Source: Candidatus Fermentimicrarchaeum limneticum
GTDB lineage: Archaea; Micrarchaeota; Micrarchaeia; Burarchaeales; Fermentimicrarchaeaceae
Direction of reading: 5' to 3'
Assembly: GCA_013426015.1 (NCBI GenBank)
Contig: CP058998.1
Span: 1,050,758 to 1,114,757, forward strand
DNA: 64,000 nt
In this document: one piece after another, positions 1 through 8,839 of the stretch
How positions within the stretch are numbered: position 1 is the stretch's first letter
How the letters are laid out: each line of letters starts with the position of its first letter
Position numbers and translations under genes: made by a program
The notes under the pieces: model-generated
Seen by the model: only the letters and a program-made list of their open reading frames with translations
What the model was told of the DNA's origin: nothing
The model's database searches: none

Positions 1-413
1 TGGAAAAGAAGCCGGTTGAGAGGAACGACATACGCGTTTCAGGCCCATCCTCGCTTGATGACTTGTCCCTGAGCATAAACCAGGCGTCATGCGAGGTGAA
101 CAAGACTTCGCAGTTGGGTCGAGTGGTATTCCAGAGTCTGTCGACACTACTCATATACAACAGCCCTGGCATTGTTTACAAGTTCTGCCAAGTGATAGGG
201 GCGCGCCTGAAGTCGTGCGGCATGACAACGCTCTTCATGGTCGAGGAGGGAATGCACCAATCAGATGTCATTGCAACGCTGGAGCACATGATGGACGGGA
301 TTGTCGAGGTCAGATTCGAGGAGGGCAGATGGTTCATAAGCTCATCGCAGATAAGATCCAGCGGCAAGGTTGAAGTCAGGATAACATCTAAAGGTATAGA
401 AGCGATAAGGTAG
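1..413 (+). CDS. C-terminal fragment of a KaiC/RecA-superfamily ATPase; the gene starts upstream of the window
   Basis: This frame is open from nt 3 with no stop before 413. Its tail (TTLFMVEEG...IVEVRFEEG...KVEVRITSKGIE) parallels the C-terminus of the adjacent KaiC-like protein (TTLLTSEG...GVEFLADG...EVVKLRG). Confidence 0.35.
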   Translation, partial: EKKPVERNDIRVSGPSSLDDLSLSINQASCEVNKTSQLGRVVFQSLSTLLIYNSPGIVYKFCQVIGARLKSCGMTTLFMVEEGMHQSDVIATLEHMMDGIVEVRFEEGRWFISSSQIRSSGKVEVRITSKGIEAIR

Positions 414-415
414 AT

Positions 416-1210
416 ATGATGGGAGAGGAGGAAGGCGACATAGACGCGGTTGATTATTCATCTCCTTCTTTTGCAAAGCCTGAACTGCCGGTTCCCAATA
501 TGAATGAAAGGGTGAAGACAGGCATACCCGGTCTGGATTCCATGATAGGCGGCGGGTTTGAGAGGAAGAGTGTTGTAATCGTAACCGGCTCTGCCGGCTC
601 TGGCAAGACAATACTGTCTCTGCAGTTTCTCTACAACGGAGCAATGCAGTTCAATGAGCCCGGCCTCTACGTCACATTCGAGGAGCAGAAGGAGAGCATC
701 TTCAGGCACATGCTGAGCTTCGGATGGGATTTTGCGCAGCTGGAGAGGGAGAAGAAGCTTGTGTTCTTGGAGTACCCTCCACATGAAGTTGATAGGTTCA
801 TCAGCGAGGGTGCAGTCATAGAGGACATGGTGAGGGAGTACGGCATCCAGAGGGTAGTCATGGACTCAATAACCTCCTTTATGTTGCTTTACAGCGAGGA
901 GTATAGGAGGAGGCAGGTTTTCTTAAAAACAATGGAGATACTAAGGAAATGGGGATGTACCACCCTGCTCACCTCAGAGGGGATGGCAAACGAGGATGGG
1001 GAGGTCAAGACGCGCTTCGGAGTCGAGTTCCTCGCTGATGGCCTGCTTTCCATCCACACGATAAAAAGAGGCGGCGTGAAGGAGTTTGCCGTAGAGGTTG
1101 TCAAGCTAAGGGGAATTCAGCATGAGATGAGGATGAACCTCATGAAGATAACTCCTAAGGGGATAGAAGTATACTCCTCCCAGCCTGTTTTCGGCGGCGA
1201 CTCGCCATGA
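416..1210 (+). CDS. Single-domain KaiC-like RecA-superfamily ATPase; it could be a FlaH/ArlH-like pilus/archaellum accessory ATPase given the neighbouring pilin genes
   Basis: The call rests on a GIPGLDSMIGGGFERKSVVIVTGSAGSGKT Walker A/P-loop in KaiC/RadB-like context, a YVTFEE segment and a ~260 aa length. Confidence 0.65.
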   Translation: MMGEEEGDIDAVDYSSPSFAKPELPVPNMNERVKTGIPGLDSMIGGGFERKSVVIVTGSAGSGKTILSLQFLYNGAMQFNEPGLYVTFEEQKESIFRHMLSFGWDFAQLEREKKLVFLEYPPHEVDRFISEGAVIEDMVREYGIQRVVMDSITSFMLLYSEEYRRRQVFLKTMEILRKWGCTTLLTSEGMANEDGEVKTRFGVEFLADGLLSIHTIKRGGVKEFAVEVVKLRGIQHEMRMNLMKITPKGIEVYSSQPVFGGDSP

Positions 1211-1249
1211 GATGTAAAGCTTTTAATTACGTAAAACCAAACCCCTTCA

Positions 1250-3442
1250 ATGAGAAAGGCGCAGGCTGCCATTGAGCTCACAATCATAGCATCCGTGATG
1301 CTGATTGTTCTCTTATTCATTTTCGAGTTTGGTGAGACGAAAATACTTGAAAGCGCATCCATCCTGCAGGTTTCAGAAGCCAGAAACACAGTTGACAGAC
1401 TTGCAAAAGCAGCCACTGAAGTGCACAATGAGGGAGTTGGAGCCAAGAGGAAGGTGTACATCACCATACCAGACAGGGTAAACCCAGACAGGGTGTTTGT
1501 TGACAACAGCACGATTACAATAGGCGTCTACGTTGGGAATGGCACGAGCGACATAAGCTCCAGGGTCAACCTCGCGGTTAAAAAAGGCGGTTATTTCCCA
1601 ACCTCCCCCGGCAGCTATTGGGTGTGGGTAGCAGGGAAGGAAGGGTATGTGCAGATAGGCAACGCCCTTGAGATCAATCCCCTGAACGCCTACTTCGAGC
1701 TGTTCCCCAACAACTCAACAGAGTCAAATATAACGTTCACAAATTACGGAAGCTCCCCCATAAACGTGAGCATGAACCTCAGCTGGACGGATTCCGAAAC
1801 TAACGCAAGCATAGACAACACAAGGAATCTCAGCTTCGCCCTCTTGCCAGGCACCTTGAATTCGCAGAGCGTAAGACTCAACGTAAGCGCAAACCTCAAC
1901 GCCTCCAAAGGTTTGCACAGCGGCTATGCCACTGTGACTACAAACATCTCCGAATCGGAGCTGATGCCCGTTCTCGTAAACGTGGTTTCCCCAACCTCTG
2001 CTTCCGGCGGAGTGGCTTACCTCACGATCAATACGTACAACAACAGCGCCCATACTTATTCAGACACGGTTTTCTCTCAGAGCGAGACGGTCTACTACAA
2101 GGTAAGATCATACAATTCGAGCGATGGCCTTGTGAACTCGACAGTCACAATCAGAGTCTACAACCCCTCCTCCGCTATCATGTCCGATGGCACCTACACC
2201 CCGAGCAGCACTGGCACCTACCAGAGCAGCTACCCGCTGAACATAAACACAAGGTCAGGCGTATGGAGCATATCCGCTTATGACGCGGGCGGTGCGAGCA
2301 CAAGAGCTTACTTCACGGTAAACCCAACTTCCAGCAGCACTGTTCTGCTGAGCGTTACCACCGCGACTCCGTTCTGGCCTAGCCAGAGGGCGATATGCAG
2401 GGATGGCAAGAACTACATCCATATAATATGGCTCTACAACAGCTCCAGCATCGCATATGCACGGTCCACTAATAATGGAGTAACATTCTCGATAAACACG
2501 AGTTTCTTCGGCAGCACTTCCACAACCTCATCAACAAAATACACTCCATCTGTATCCTGCGACGGAAACAACATAACCGCAGTTTATACCGATGCTGGTT
2601 CTAGTGATGTGATAGTCGGCATCTCGACTGATAACGGCAATTCATGGAACTGGGCCAACCCTATAACATCGAACATACGGATGTATAACGCAGTTGAGAG
2701 GAGAGGGCAGAGGATATACATACTGTATGTGGACGGAGAGTATAACGTAAGCTTCTTCAACTCAACCGATGGAGGGAGCACATGGGGTCCCCAGACAATA
2801 CTCTGGCAGGCAGGGGATTACGGGCAATTCGGCTACGATCATTATACCGATGTCTCCCTGGCAGTCAATGGAACAGGAACATCCTCCGACAGCCTTTATG
2901 CTTCATGCTACGAAATCGCTTCCGACGGCACTTCCCAGACGTTTGCATCCTCATTCAGGAACTCTTCAAACGCAGGTGTGACATGGGGTGCGAAGAGGAC
3001 CATGGCACCGTGGAATGACGTAGGCACCGGCGAACCAAGCATAACCACCAACGGCAGCGCGGTGTTCGTCGCAAGCAACAACTACAGCAGCACCGAACAA
3101 GTGGCTACCCTGAACAAAAGCCTGGATGGCGGCGCCACGTGGTCATGGGAGCAGGTATCCAACACGGTCAGCTCGTTCTACGAGACTGCAACGTTGAACG
3201 GCACCATGCCTTTCATTCTGTGGAGGAACGGCTCCGCATCAAATGGCGACATATTCTACAGGAATTACAACGGAACGGGATGGGACAGTATACTTGCCTA
3301 CACCAGCGACCACAACGGGAACGACCTTCCGAATGCCAAGTGGAACTATGCAGGAAACTGCATAGAGTTCGTTTACAGGAACGGGACTGCCTCCCCATAC
3401 AACATATCCTACGCAAGGCTCGGCAGTTGCACCCCGCCGTAA
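1250..3442 (+). CDS. Type IV pilin-like protein (class III signal peptide) with a large Asp-box/BNR-repeat extracellular domain
   Basis: The N-terminus MRKA|QAAIELTIIASVMLIVLLF fits the archaeal prepilin pattern (K/R-G/A then Q, E at +5, hydrophobic helix). Several S-x-D-x-G-x-T-W Asp-box motifs are present (STDNGNSWNW, STDGGSTWGP, SLDGGATWSW, SNAGVTWGA). The sequence is rich in N-x-S/T sequons. Confidence 0.65.
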   Translation: MRKAQAAIELTIIASVMLIVLLFIFEFGETKILESASILQVSEARNTVDRLAKAATEVHNEGVGAKRKVYITIPDRVNPDRVFVDNSTITIGVYVGNGTSDISSRVNLAVKKGGYFPTSPGSYWVWVAGKEGYVQIGNALEINPLNAYFELFPNNSTESNITFTNYGSSPINVSMNLSWTDSETNASIDNTRNLSFALLPGTLNSQSVRLNVSANLNASKGLHSGYATVTTNISESELMPVLVNVVSPTSASGGVAYLTINTYNNSAHTYSDTVFSQSETVYYKVRSYNSSDGLVNSTVTIRVYNPSSAIMSDGTYTPSSTGTYQSSYPLNINTRSGVWSISAYDAGGASTRAYFTVNPTSSSTVLLSVTTATPFWPSQRAICRDGKNYIHIIWLYNSSSIAYARSTNNGVTFSINTSFFGSTSTTSSTKYTPSVSCDGNNITAVYTDAGSSDVIVGISTDNGNSWNWANPITSNIRMYNAVERRGQRIYILYVDGEYNVSFFNSTDGGSTWGPQTILWQAGDYGQFGYDHYTDVSLAVNGTGTSSDSLYASCYEIASDGTSQTFASSFRNSSNAGVTWGAKRTMAPWNDVGTGEPSITTNGSAVFVASNNYSSTEQVATLNKSLDGGATWSWEQVSNTVSSFYETATLNGTMPFILWRNGSASNGDIFYRNYNGTGWDSILAYTSDHNGNDLPNAKWNYAGNCIEFVYRNGTASPYNISYARLGSCTPP

Positions 3443-3489
3443 CCTCGCAATACAAAACTAATTTAAATACAGAATTGCATTTCTAACCC

Positions 3490-4554
3490 ATGCGCAGGAA
3501 AGGACAGGGGGCGACAGAACTCTTGGTGCTCCTAGCCATGATTGCAATTGTAGGCTTGGTAATCTACGCATCCAGCCAGACAACCCTCGCAGAATCTAGG
3601 AAAGCACTCCTGCTCTCGCAGGCAAGAGCCACAGTTAATGACTTGGCAGCCGCGAGTTCAGAGGTTTATTCAGAAGGTGTAGGCGCAAAGAGAAGGGTTT
3701 ACATTATCATACCTGAAGGTTCGGATTCAGCCAGGGTTTACGTGAACAATACAATCATAAATGTTGGGATAAGGATAGACTCAACCGTCACTGACATAAA
3801 CACCAAGACTACAATGCGGGTTGTCCAGGGAGCTGACTTCCCTACAACTTCAGGGAGCTACTGGGTGCCGGTAACTGCTAAGGAAGGATATGTGCTGATT
3901 GGCAGCTCATTTCTTGATATAAGCCCCACCTCAGTTTCAGTTGAGATGCTGCCTTCCAATTCGACCAGCACTGGGATAAGATTCACAAATCTGGGGCCAG
4001 CCTCCCTCAATGTCAGCTTATCAGTCCAGTGGACCCATAATGGGACAGTTGACATGTCTCTCAACACAACCAACTTTATTCTGGCTTCCTCAGGTGATGC
4101 GGTCACTAACTACGCGCTGGTCAGCTTCCAGACGAATGCCAATACCCCTCTCCAGCTCTACAGCGGGAAGATTGCCGTGAGCACCAACACCACGGAGTCT
4201 GCGGAGATACCTTTGAGCGTTGATGTTGTTGGAACACAGGTGCCCACTGGTGTCTCATATGTTGTTATTGAAACTTTCAAAAACAGCAGCTACGCAACCC
4301 AAACAACCAATTTTACCTTGCCGGTGAATGCTATCATAACTGGCTCGGACTGGACTCCGGGTGCCGTGAGCATTGATATAAAAGATCCCTCCAGCACATC
4401 CGTGAGCGGATACCCAACTCAAGTCACAGCTAACAGCAGTGGTGGGTTCTCCCACCTCTGGAATCCAGCAGGAGCCACCCCCGGGCAGTATACTGTAGTA
4501 GCCAATCAATCAACAACTAATTCAACAACCTTCAACATAACCGTTTGTTCATAG
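3490..4554 (+). CDS. Type IV pilin-like protein (class III signal peptide), N-terminal paralog of the 1250..3442 protein
   Basis: The N-terminus is MRRKG|QGATELLVLLAMIAIV. Its first ~120 aa align with the previous protein (ARATVNDLAAASSEVYSEGVGAKRRVYIIIPE versus ARNTVDRLAKAATEVHNEGVGAKRKVYITIPD). It is rich in N-glycosylation sequons. Confidence 0.65.
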   Translation: MRRKGQGATELLVLLAMIAIVGLVIYASSQTTLAESRKALLLSQARATVNDLAAASSEVYSEGVGAKRRVYIIIPEGSDSARVYVNNTIINVGIRIDSTVTDINTKTTMRVVQGADFPTTSGSYWVPVTAKEGYVLIGSSFLDISPTSVSVEMLPSNSTSTGIRFTNLGPASLNVSLSVQWTHNGTVDMSLNTTNFILASSGDAVTNYALVSFQTNANTPLQLYSGKIAVSTNTTESAEIPLSVDVVGTQVPTGVSYVVIETFKNSSYATQTTNFTLPVNAIITGSDWTPGAVSIDIKDPSSTSVSGYPTQVTANSSGGFSHLWNPAGATPGQYTVVANQSTTNSTTFNITVCS

Positions 4555-4566
4555 CAAGGGCGGGAT

Positions 4567-5655
4567 ATGCTAGACAACCCGGTATTCATATTAAATACCC
4601 TATTCGTGCTAGTCCTGGGGATAGTCACTTCCTACGGCGATATCAGAAAGAATAAAATAAGCAACCGATACGTAATAATCGCAGTAATCCTCGCCTTCCT
4701 CACAAACGTTCTTGGAAGCTACTTTGCGCAGGCATCGACTGATACCAAAATGCTCTATATACAAACAACTCTGCTCAACGCCTTCTTTGCCCTCCTCGTA
4801 GGCTTCATTCTTTGGTATGCTAAAATATGGAGGGCTGGAGATGGGAAGCTGTTTTTCGCCTATGCCTTTCTGCTGCCAGTTTCCACCTATTACTATGGGT
4901 ATGTAGCCTATTTCCCTTCATTTACTCTCCTAGTAAACACTCTCATCCCACTTTTCTTAATACTCACCTTCAACCTTTGGTACATAACAAGCACAGAAGA
5001 GAAATTTGAAATTTTCAAGAGTGTAGTCAACCCCAAACGGCTCTTTTACATGCTGCTTTCGCTAATGAGCACTCAGTGGATAATATCCATATTATTCCAG
5101 CGCCTTCTTTCCGTAAGCGATTTCCTCACCGCGGGCTGCATATCCATCCTAGTTTTAGTATTTCTAACTAATCACCTGCAGGACATACTATACGAGATTT
5201 CTATCCCTGTAGTGATCCTAAGGATAATGCTGGATTACGGGACGGTGGTTTCCTACAGCTTTTTCACACAATTTCTGCTTCTCTTCGGTCTGTTTCTTTT
5301 GGCTATAACCTTCATAACAAACTTGGCTTCCTTCAGATTCAACGACAAGATCAGAGTGCCGGATGTCAAAAAAGGAATGTGCTGTGTAGAAAGGATTTCC
5401 CGGAAGGGAAGGTTCTATGAGAAGACCCTCACCCCACACAACCGAATTTTAAAACTCAATTACGAGAGCCTGACGCAAGACGATGTTGATAGATTGAAGC
5501 GTATGAATAAGAACGGTCAGCTGAGGTTTGACGAGTTAACAATACAGCAGACTATCCCTTTTGCGCCGCTCCTCTTTTTCGGGGTCCTGCTCACAATAGT
5601 ACTTAGAGGTGATGTCCTCACCCATCTTAAACTTTTATTCAACTCAGTATTGTGA
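4567..5655 (+). CDS. Prepilin / class III signal peptidase (PibD/FlaK/EppA-like A24 family aspartic protease)
   Basis: This is a polytopic membrane protein. The first catalytic-Asp box is SYGDIRKNKISN (D-x-x-x-R-x-I-S/P-N type) and the second is WRAGDGKLF (G-x-GD-x-KL type). The gene sits immediately downstream of the pilin genes. Confidence 0.55.
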   Translation: MLDNPVFILNTLFVLVLGIVTSYGDIRKNKISNRYVIIAVILAFLTNVLGSYFAQASTDTKMLYIQTTLLNAFFALLVGFILWYAKIWRAGDGKLFFAYAFLLPVSTYYYGYVAYFPSFTLLVNTLIPLFLILTFNLWYITSTEEKFEIFKSVVNPKRLFYMLLSLMSTQWIISILFQRLLSVSDFLTAGCISILVLVFLTNHLQDILYEISIPVVILRIMLDYGTVVSYSFFTQFLLLFGLFLLAITFITNLASFRFNDKIRVPDVKKGMCCVERISRKGRFYEKTLTPHNRILKLNYESLTQDDVDRLKRMNKNGQLRFDELTIQQTIPFAPLLFFGVLLTIVLRGDVLTHLKLLFNSVL

Positions 5656-5720
5656 AATTGAAAAATCGCGCTGTGATACCATTTTATTCTTATACATGCA
5701 AATATCCATGGTGATGCAGA

Positions 5721-6134
5721 ATGACGGATTCGCCCAAGAATGTCCAGTACCTTAAAGATCGCGTCCTCTTCTCCATAAATCCAAAAATCTATCCATTGGA
5801 AGTAGTCCATTCTGCAGCCTACGCATTGATAGACAAGGCGTATGTAATGCTAGACGGCGATCCGAACGATGAAATAATCGCAGAATTGAAACCCAAGAAT
5901 AAAGGGGAAATAAGGGAAGTTGTTACAAAGTTTGCAGAAGAACTCCTGAATTATGCTGTGTACTACAACCAATCAAGAATGAACAAGGGAGTCCGGGAGA
6001 TGATAATTGGAAGAGTGTTCTCAACTAACATACAAGCTTCCGAAACTACCCAGGAAAAGGATGAGAAATGCGATGAGATCGCCGACCCTCTCGGGATTGC
6101 GAAACCATGGACCCCGCCAAAAAAGAAAAGGTGA
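5721..6134 (+). CDS. Small HxsD-like protein, His-Xaa-Ser system accessory candidate, paralog 1
   Basis: It is 137 aa and lies upstream of hxsB. It shares with the next ORF the segment ...LKPKN/S... and a C-terminal E-[LF]-[LF]-N-[YH]-[AV]-[VL] motif (EELLNYAVYY), which resembles the LLNDYxLRE signature I recall for the HxsD family. Confidence 0.4.
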   Translation: MTDSPKNVQYLKDRVLFSINPKIYPLEVVHSAAYALIDKAYVMLDGDPNDEIIAELKPKNKGEIREVVTKFAEELLNYAVYYNQSRMNKGVREMIIGRVFSTNIQASETTQEKDEKCDEIADPLGIAKPWTPPKKKR

Positions 6135-6141
6135 ATTTTGG

Positions 6142-6396
6142 ATGGAACGGCTAATCTTTGACAGGAAGAGACATGCGGTTATTCTGAATCTGAATACGAG
6201 GGTTTACAAGATGGATAAAATACTCAAAATTGCTCAGACTTTCTCGCAGGCATGCAACGTGGACGTATCTGGAGATGTTGATTGCACGGTGCAGGTGACG
6301 CTTAAACCAAAGTCGAGGAATATGAGAGCGGAGGAAATTGGATACGAGTTCTTCAATCACGTGCTCGCCGAGATGAAGATTTCTGAGGATATATAG
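6142..6396 (+). CDS. Small HxsD-like protein, paralog 2 (start trimmed to the internal Met to remove the overlap with the previous ORF)
   Basis: It is 84 aa from MERLIFDRK... and ends 8 nt before hxsB. It is paralogous to 5721..6134 (VDVSGDVDCTVQVTLKPKS versus VMLDGDPNDEIIAELKPKN; EFFNHVLAEM versus EELLNYAVYY). Confidence 0.4.
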   Translation: MERLIFDRKRHAVILNLNTRVYKMDKILKIAQTFSQACNVDVSGDVDCTVQVTLKPKSRNMRAEEIGYEFFNHVLAEMKISEDI

Positions 6397-6403
6397 TGAT
6401 AGG

Positions 6404-7837
6404 ATGGTCACGAGTCTCTTCGATTATCCCGAATCTCCTCAATACGCAGAGAACAGGTACATTCCAAAGAAACTTGCGGAGGGGGATTACCTGGTGACCA
6501 TTGATAACGGAGCATGGGCGTTGCTCTCTGAGGAAGAGCATGAACTGCTGAAAACCCATCGCGTTTCAGAGAATCCAGATCTATTCAAGAAATTGGAGAG
6601 TTTGGGGATAATCATAACGCAAAGCAACCAAGCGAAAGTGGTTGGCGATTACCAAGCAAGATTCTCCCACATATGCAACGGTACCTCTCTCCACATAGCC
6701 GCAATTACTTCTAGATGCAACCAGAGATGTCTCTACTGCTACGTCAACCCAAAACCAATCAGTTCAAAAGGATTCGATATGGACAAAGACACTGCCAAGA
6801 GAGTCGTCGAGTTCATGTTCCAAAGCCCATCGAAAGCAATAACAATAGAATTTCAGGGTGGGGAGCCCCTCCTTAACTTCCCGATCATTCAATACATAAT
6901 AGACTACTCAAAGAAGCTGAACAAAAAATACAAGAAGGATATTGTCTACACCCTTGTCACCAACCTGACGCTGATGCAGGAGGACATCCTGAAGTACTTG
7001 ATTAGAAATAGGGTCGGAATCTGCACCTCGCTGGATGGTCCGAAAGAGGTGCACGATAGGAACAGGAGGTTTCTGGGCGGGCATGGTACGCACGATGAGG
7101 TTGTCCACTGGATACAGGACATAAAAACCCAGTTCGCCTACAACGTTAATGCTCTCCCAGTTATAACGAAATTCTCCCTTCCCTACGCCAAGGAAATAGT
7201 TGATGAATACGTGAACCTTGGATTCAACCGTATAAGAATAAAGCATATGATATACTGCGGTCTCGCAAAAGAAAATTGGAACAAGATAGGCTACACACCC
7301 GAGCAGTACCTCAAATTCTGGAAGGGGGCTCTGGAATACTGTTTCAAGATAAATAAGAGTGGCAGGTTTTTTGCAGAGGGAACAAGCCTTCTTATAACCC
7401 GAAAGTTCCTGTCGAGGGACTATCAGGCATTCACCTGCCTGGGGTGGCCATGTGGTGCTGCCTTGACTCAAACCTCATACGACCCGCACGGGGATATACG
7501 CTCATGCGACGAATCGAGAAGCTTCGAGGAATTCAAGATTGGGAGCGTTAGGAAGGACAGCTACAGGAACGTCTACACCTCGCCAAGAGTGCTCAATATC
7601 GTTGCTCTTACTTCTGGCCTCAACTCGCTATGCGATGCATGCGTGTGGCATCCCTACTGCAACAACTGCATCGTATCTTCCTTCGGCATGGAAGGGAACC
7701 CAGTCCCCAAACTTCCCATTGATTATGAGTGCAAAATCCGAGGGGGGCTTATCGAGCATGTTCTTAGAACCCTAGCATACTCAAAAGAAAAAAGAAAGAT
7801 TCTGATGGAATGGTGCTCAAGCAAGCAGGGAATATGA
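6404..7837 (+). CDS. hxsB: Radical SAM/SPASM-domain peptide maturase, HxsB-like
   Basis: It carries a CNQRCLYC (Cx3Cx2C) radical-SAM cluster motif and a GGEPLL SAM-binding glycine motif. C-terminal SPASM-type auxiliary cluster cysteines are present (CLGWPCGAA...CDESR...CDACVWHPYCNNC). It is adjacent to the His-Xaa-Ser repeat ORF. Confidence 0.65.
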   Translation: MVTSLFDYPESPQYAENRYIPKKLAEGDYLVTIDNGAWALLSEEEHELLKTHRVSENPDLFKKLESLGIIITQSNQAKVVGDYQARFSHICNGTSLHIAAITSRCNQRCLYCYVNPKPISSKGFDMDKDTAKRVVEFMFQSPSKAITIEFQGGEPLLNFPIIQYIIDYSKKLNKKYKKDIVYTLVTNLTLMQEDILKYLIRNRVGICTSLDGPKEVHDRNRRFLGGHGTHDEVVHWIQDIKTQFAYNVNALPVITKFSLPYAKEIVDEYVNLGFNRIRIKHMIYCGLAKENWNKIGYTPEQYLKFWKGALEYCFKINKSGRFFAEGTSLLITRKFLSRDYQAFTCLGWPCGAALTQTSYDPHGDIRSCDESRSFEEFKIGSVRKDSYRNVYTSPRVLNIVALTSGLNSLCDACVWHPYCNNCIVSSFGMEGNPVPKLPIDYECKIRGGLIEHVLRTLAYSKEKRKILMEWCSSKQGI

Positions 7838-8241
7838 CCAGCCCCAGCACCAACCCAAAAATTTATATACTACTGTTCAGAAATATTCCCGTGGCAAAAA
7901 AGTTCAGCTTACCATCCCTAAGTAAGACTGTCACCTCATTTCTGCTTGAGGAGGAGGGTAAAATATCAAAGGAATCGCTTCTTAAGCTAGGTGCGGTTGT
8001 CGGCAGCATCTCTGCAATGAGCAAAATTGCAAGTGCAGCCCACAGCCAGAATGTTGCCCACTCCCAAGCTACATCTGTTAGTTACGCGGGATCAACAATA
8101 ACCGCAACCCACTCACACTACGACCCGGCACATTCATCGCACTCCTCCCACAGCTCCCATGCGTCACACACCTCCCATGCGTCACACACCTCGCATTCCG
8201 TCCATAGCTCTACTGGTGGTAGTTGCGTCTACATCGGGTGA
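7810..8241 (+). CDS. hxsA: His-Xaa-Ser repeat protein, HxsA-like putative precursor/substrate
   Basis: The C-terminal tail is HSHYDPAHSSHSSHSSHASHTSHASHTSHSVHSSTGGSCVYIG, with at least 7 consecutive H-x-S triplets. This part is encoded with an 18-nt perfect tandem repeat (ccatgcgtcacacacctc x2 at 8157..8192). The true start may be an internal Met (for example 7834). Confidence 0.55.
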   Translation: MVLKQAGNMTSPSTNPKIYILLFRNIPVAKKFSLPSLSKTVTSFLLEEEGKISKESLLKLGAVVGSISAMSKIASAAHSQNVAHSQATSVSYAGSTITATHSHYDPAHSSHSSHSSHASHTSHASHTSHSVHSSTGGSCVYIG

Positions 8242-8245
8242 TCAT

Positions 8246-8803
8246 TTGCTTCTGAAAAGAGTCAGAATTCCGCTAGTCAATATAAGGAAGAAGTATTTCG
8301 TTTACCTAATCCTGGTATTCTTCGTTTCACTAATACTGCATGAATTCGGGCATATCGCAGTTGTACTTGCCGGAGGTGGCAGAATAACCTCATTCACTCT
8401 GACACGCCTTACTTGGGAGGCTCAACCTTCCGGTGATCTGCCATATCTTCTAGGCGGACCGTTGGTTACGTTAATCATATGCTACTTTGCAGTATACAAA
8501 TTTTTTGATGATAGAAAAAACCCCGACCTATGGCTTGCAACAGTAGTCTGCAATCTCTCTCCACCCATTTCACTGATGCTCTACTTGCTTTCGCTCCCGC
8601 ATGACGAAGGTAAAATAATGAGTTTGGCGAATATCCCACCGATAATATTCTTACCAATTTATTTTCTTATCTTTTCGCTGCCAATACTCGTAGCATTTAA
8701 AGCCCCCAAACTCCCCATCAACAAAAAGATAACATTCTATCTTTACAATCTGGTCATCCTACTCGCAGAATTAAAATTTTTAAGCATACTCGGATTTTCT
8801 TAG
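8246..8803 (+). CDS. Membrane-embedded HExxH zinc-metallopeptidase-like protein; the start is uncertain
   Basis: A LILHEFGHIAVVLAGGG motif sits inside a predicted TM helix, with several further TM segments, in site-2-protease/M50-like style. The ORF track extends it upstream to 8159, overlapping hxsA out of frame; I chose the in-frame TTG at 8246, right after the hxsA stop. Confidence 0.4.
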   Translation: MLLKRVRIPLVNIRKKYFVYLILVFFVSLILHEFGHIAVVLAGGGRITSFTLTRLTWEAQPSGDLPYLLGGPLVTLIICYFAVYKFFDDRKNPDLWLATVVCNLSPPISLMLYLLSLPHDEGKIMSLANIPPIIFLPIYFLIFSLPILVAFKAPKLPINKKITFYLYNLVILLAELKFLSILGFS

Positions 8804-8839
8804 GATAAATTTTTAAGCTACGACGCCTAAACGTATAAT

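Noticed and set aside
6007-6141. Upstream part of ORF 6007..6396, overlapping 5721..6134 by 128 nt in another frame.
   Set aside because: Overlap of that size is unlikely. The internal Met at 6142 gives an 84-aa product that is alignable to the upstream paralog and abuts hxsB, so the 5' part was discarded.
8159-8245. N-terminal extension (MRHTPPMRHTPRIPS...) of the HExxH membrane-protein ORF.
   Set aside because: It is read out of frame through the HxsA His-Xaa-Ser repeat DNA. The repetitive MRHTP pattern is just the repeat in another frame. The start was moved to the in-frame TTG after the hxsA stop.
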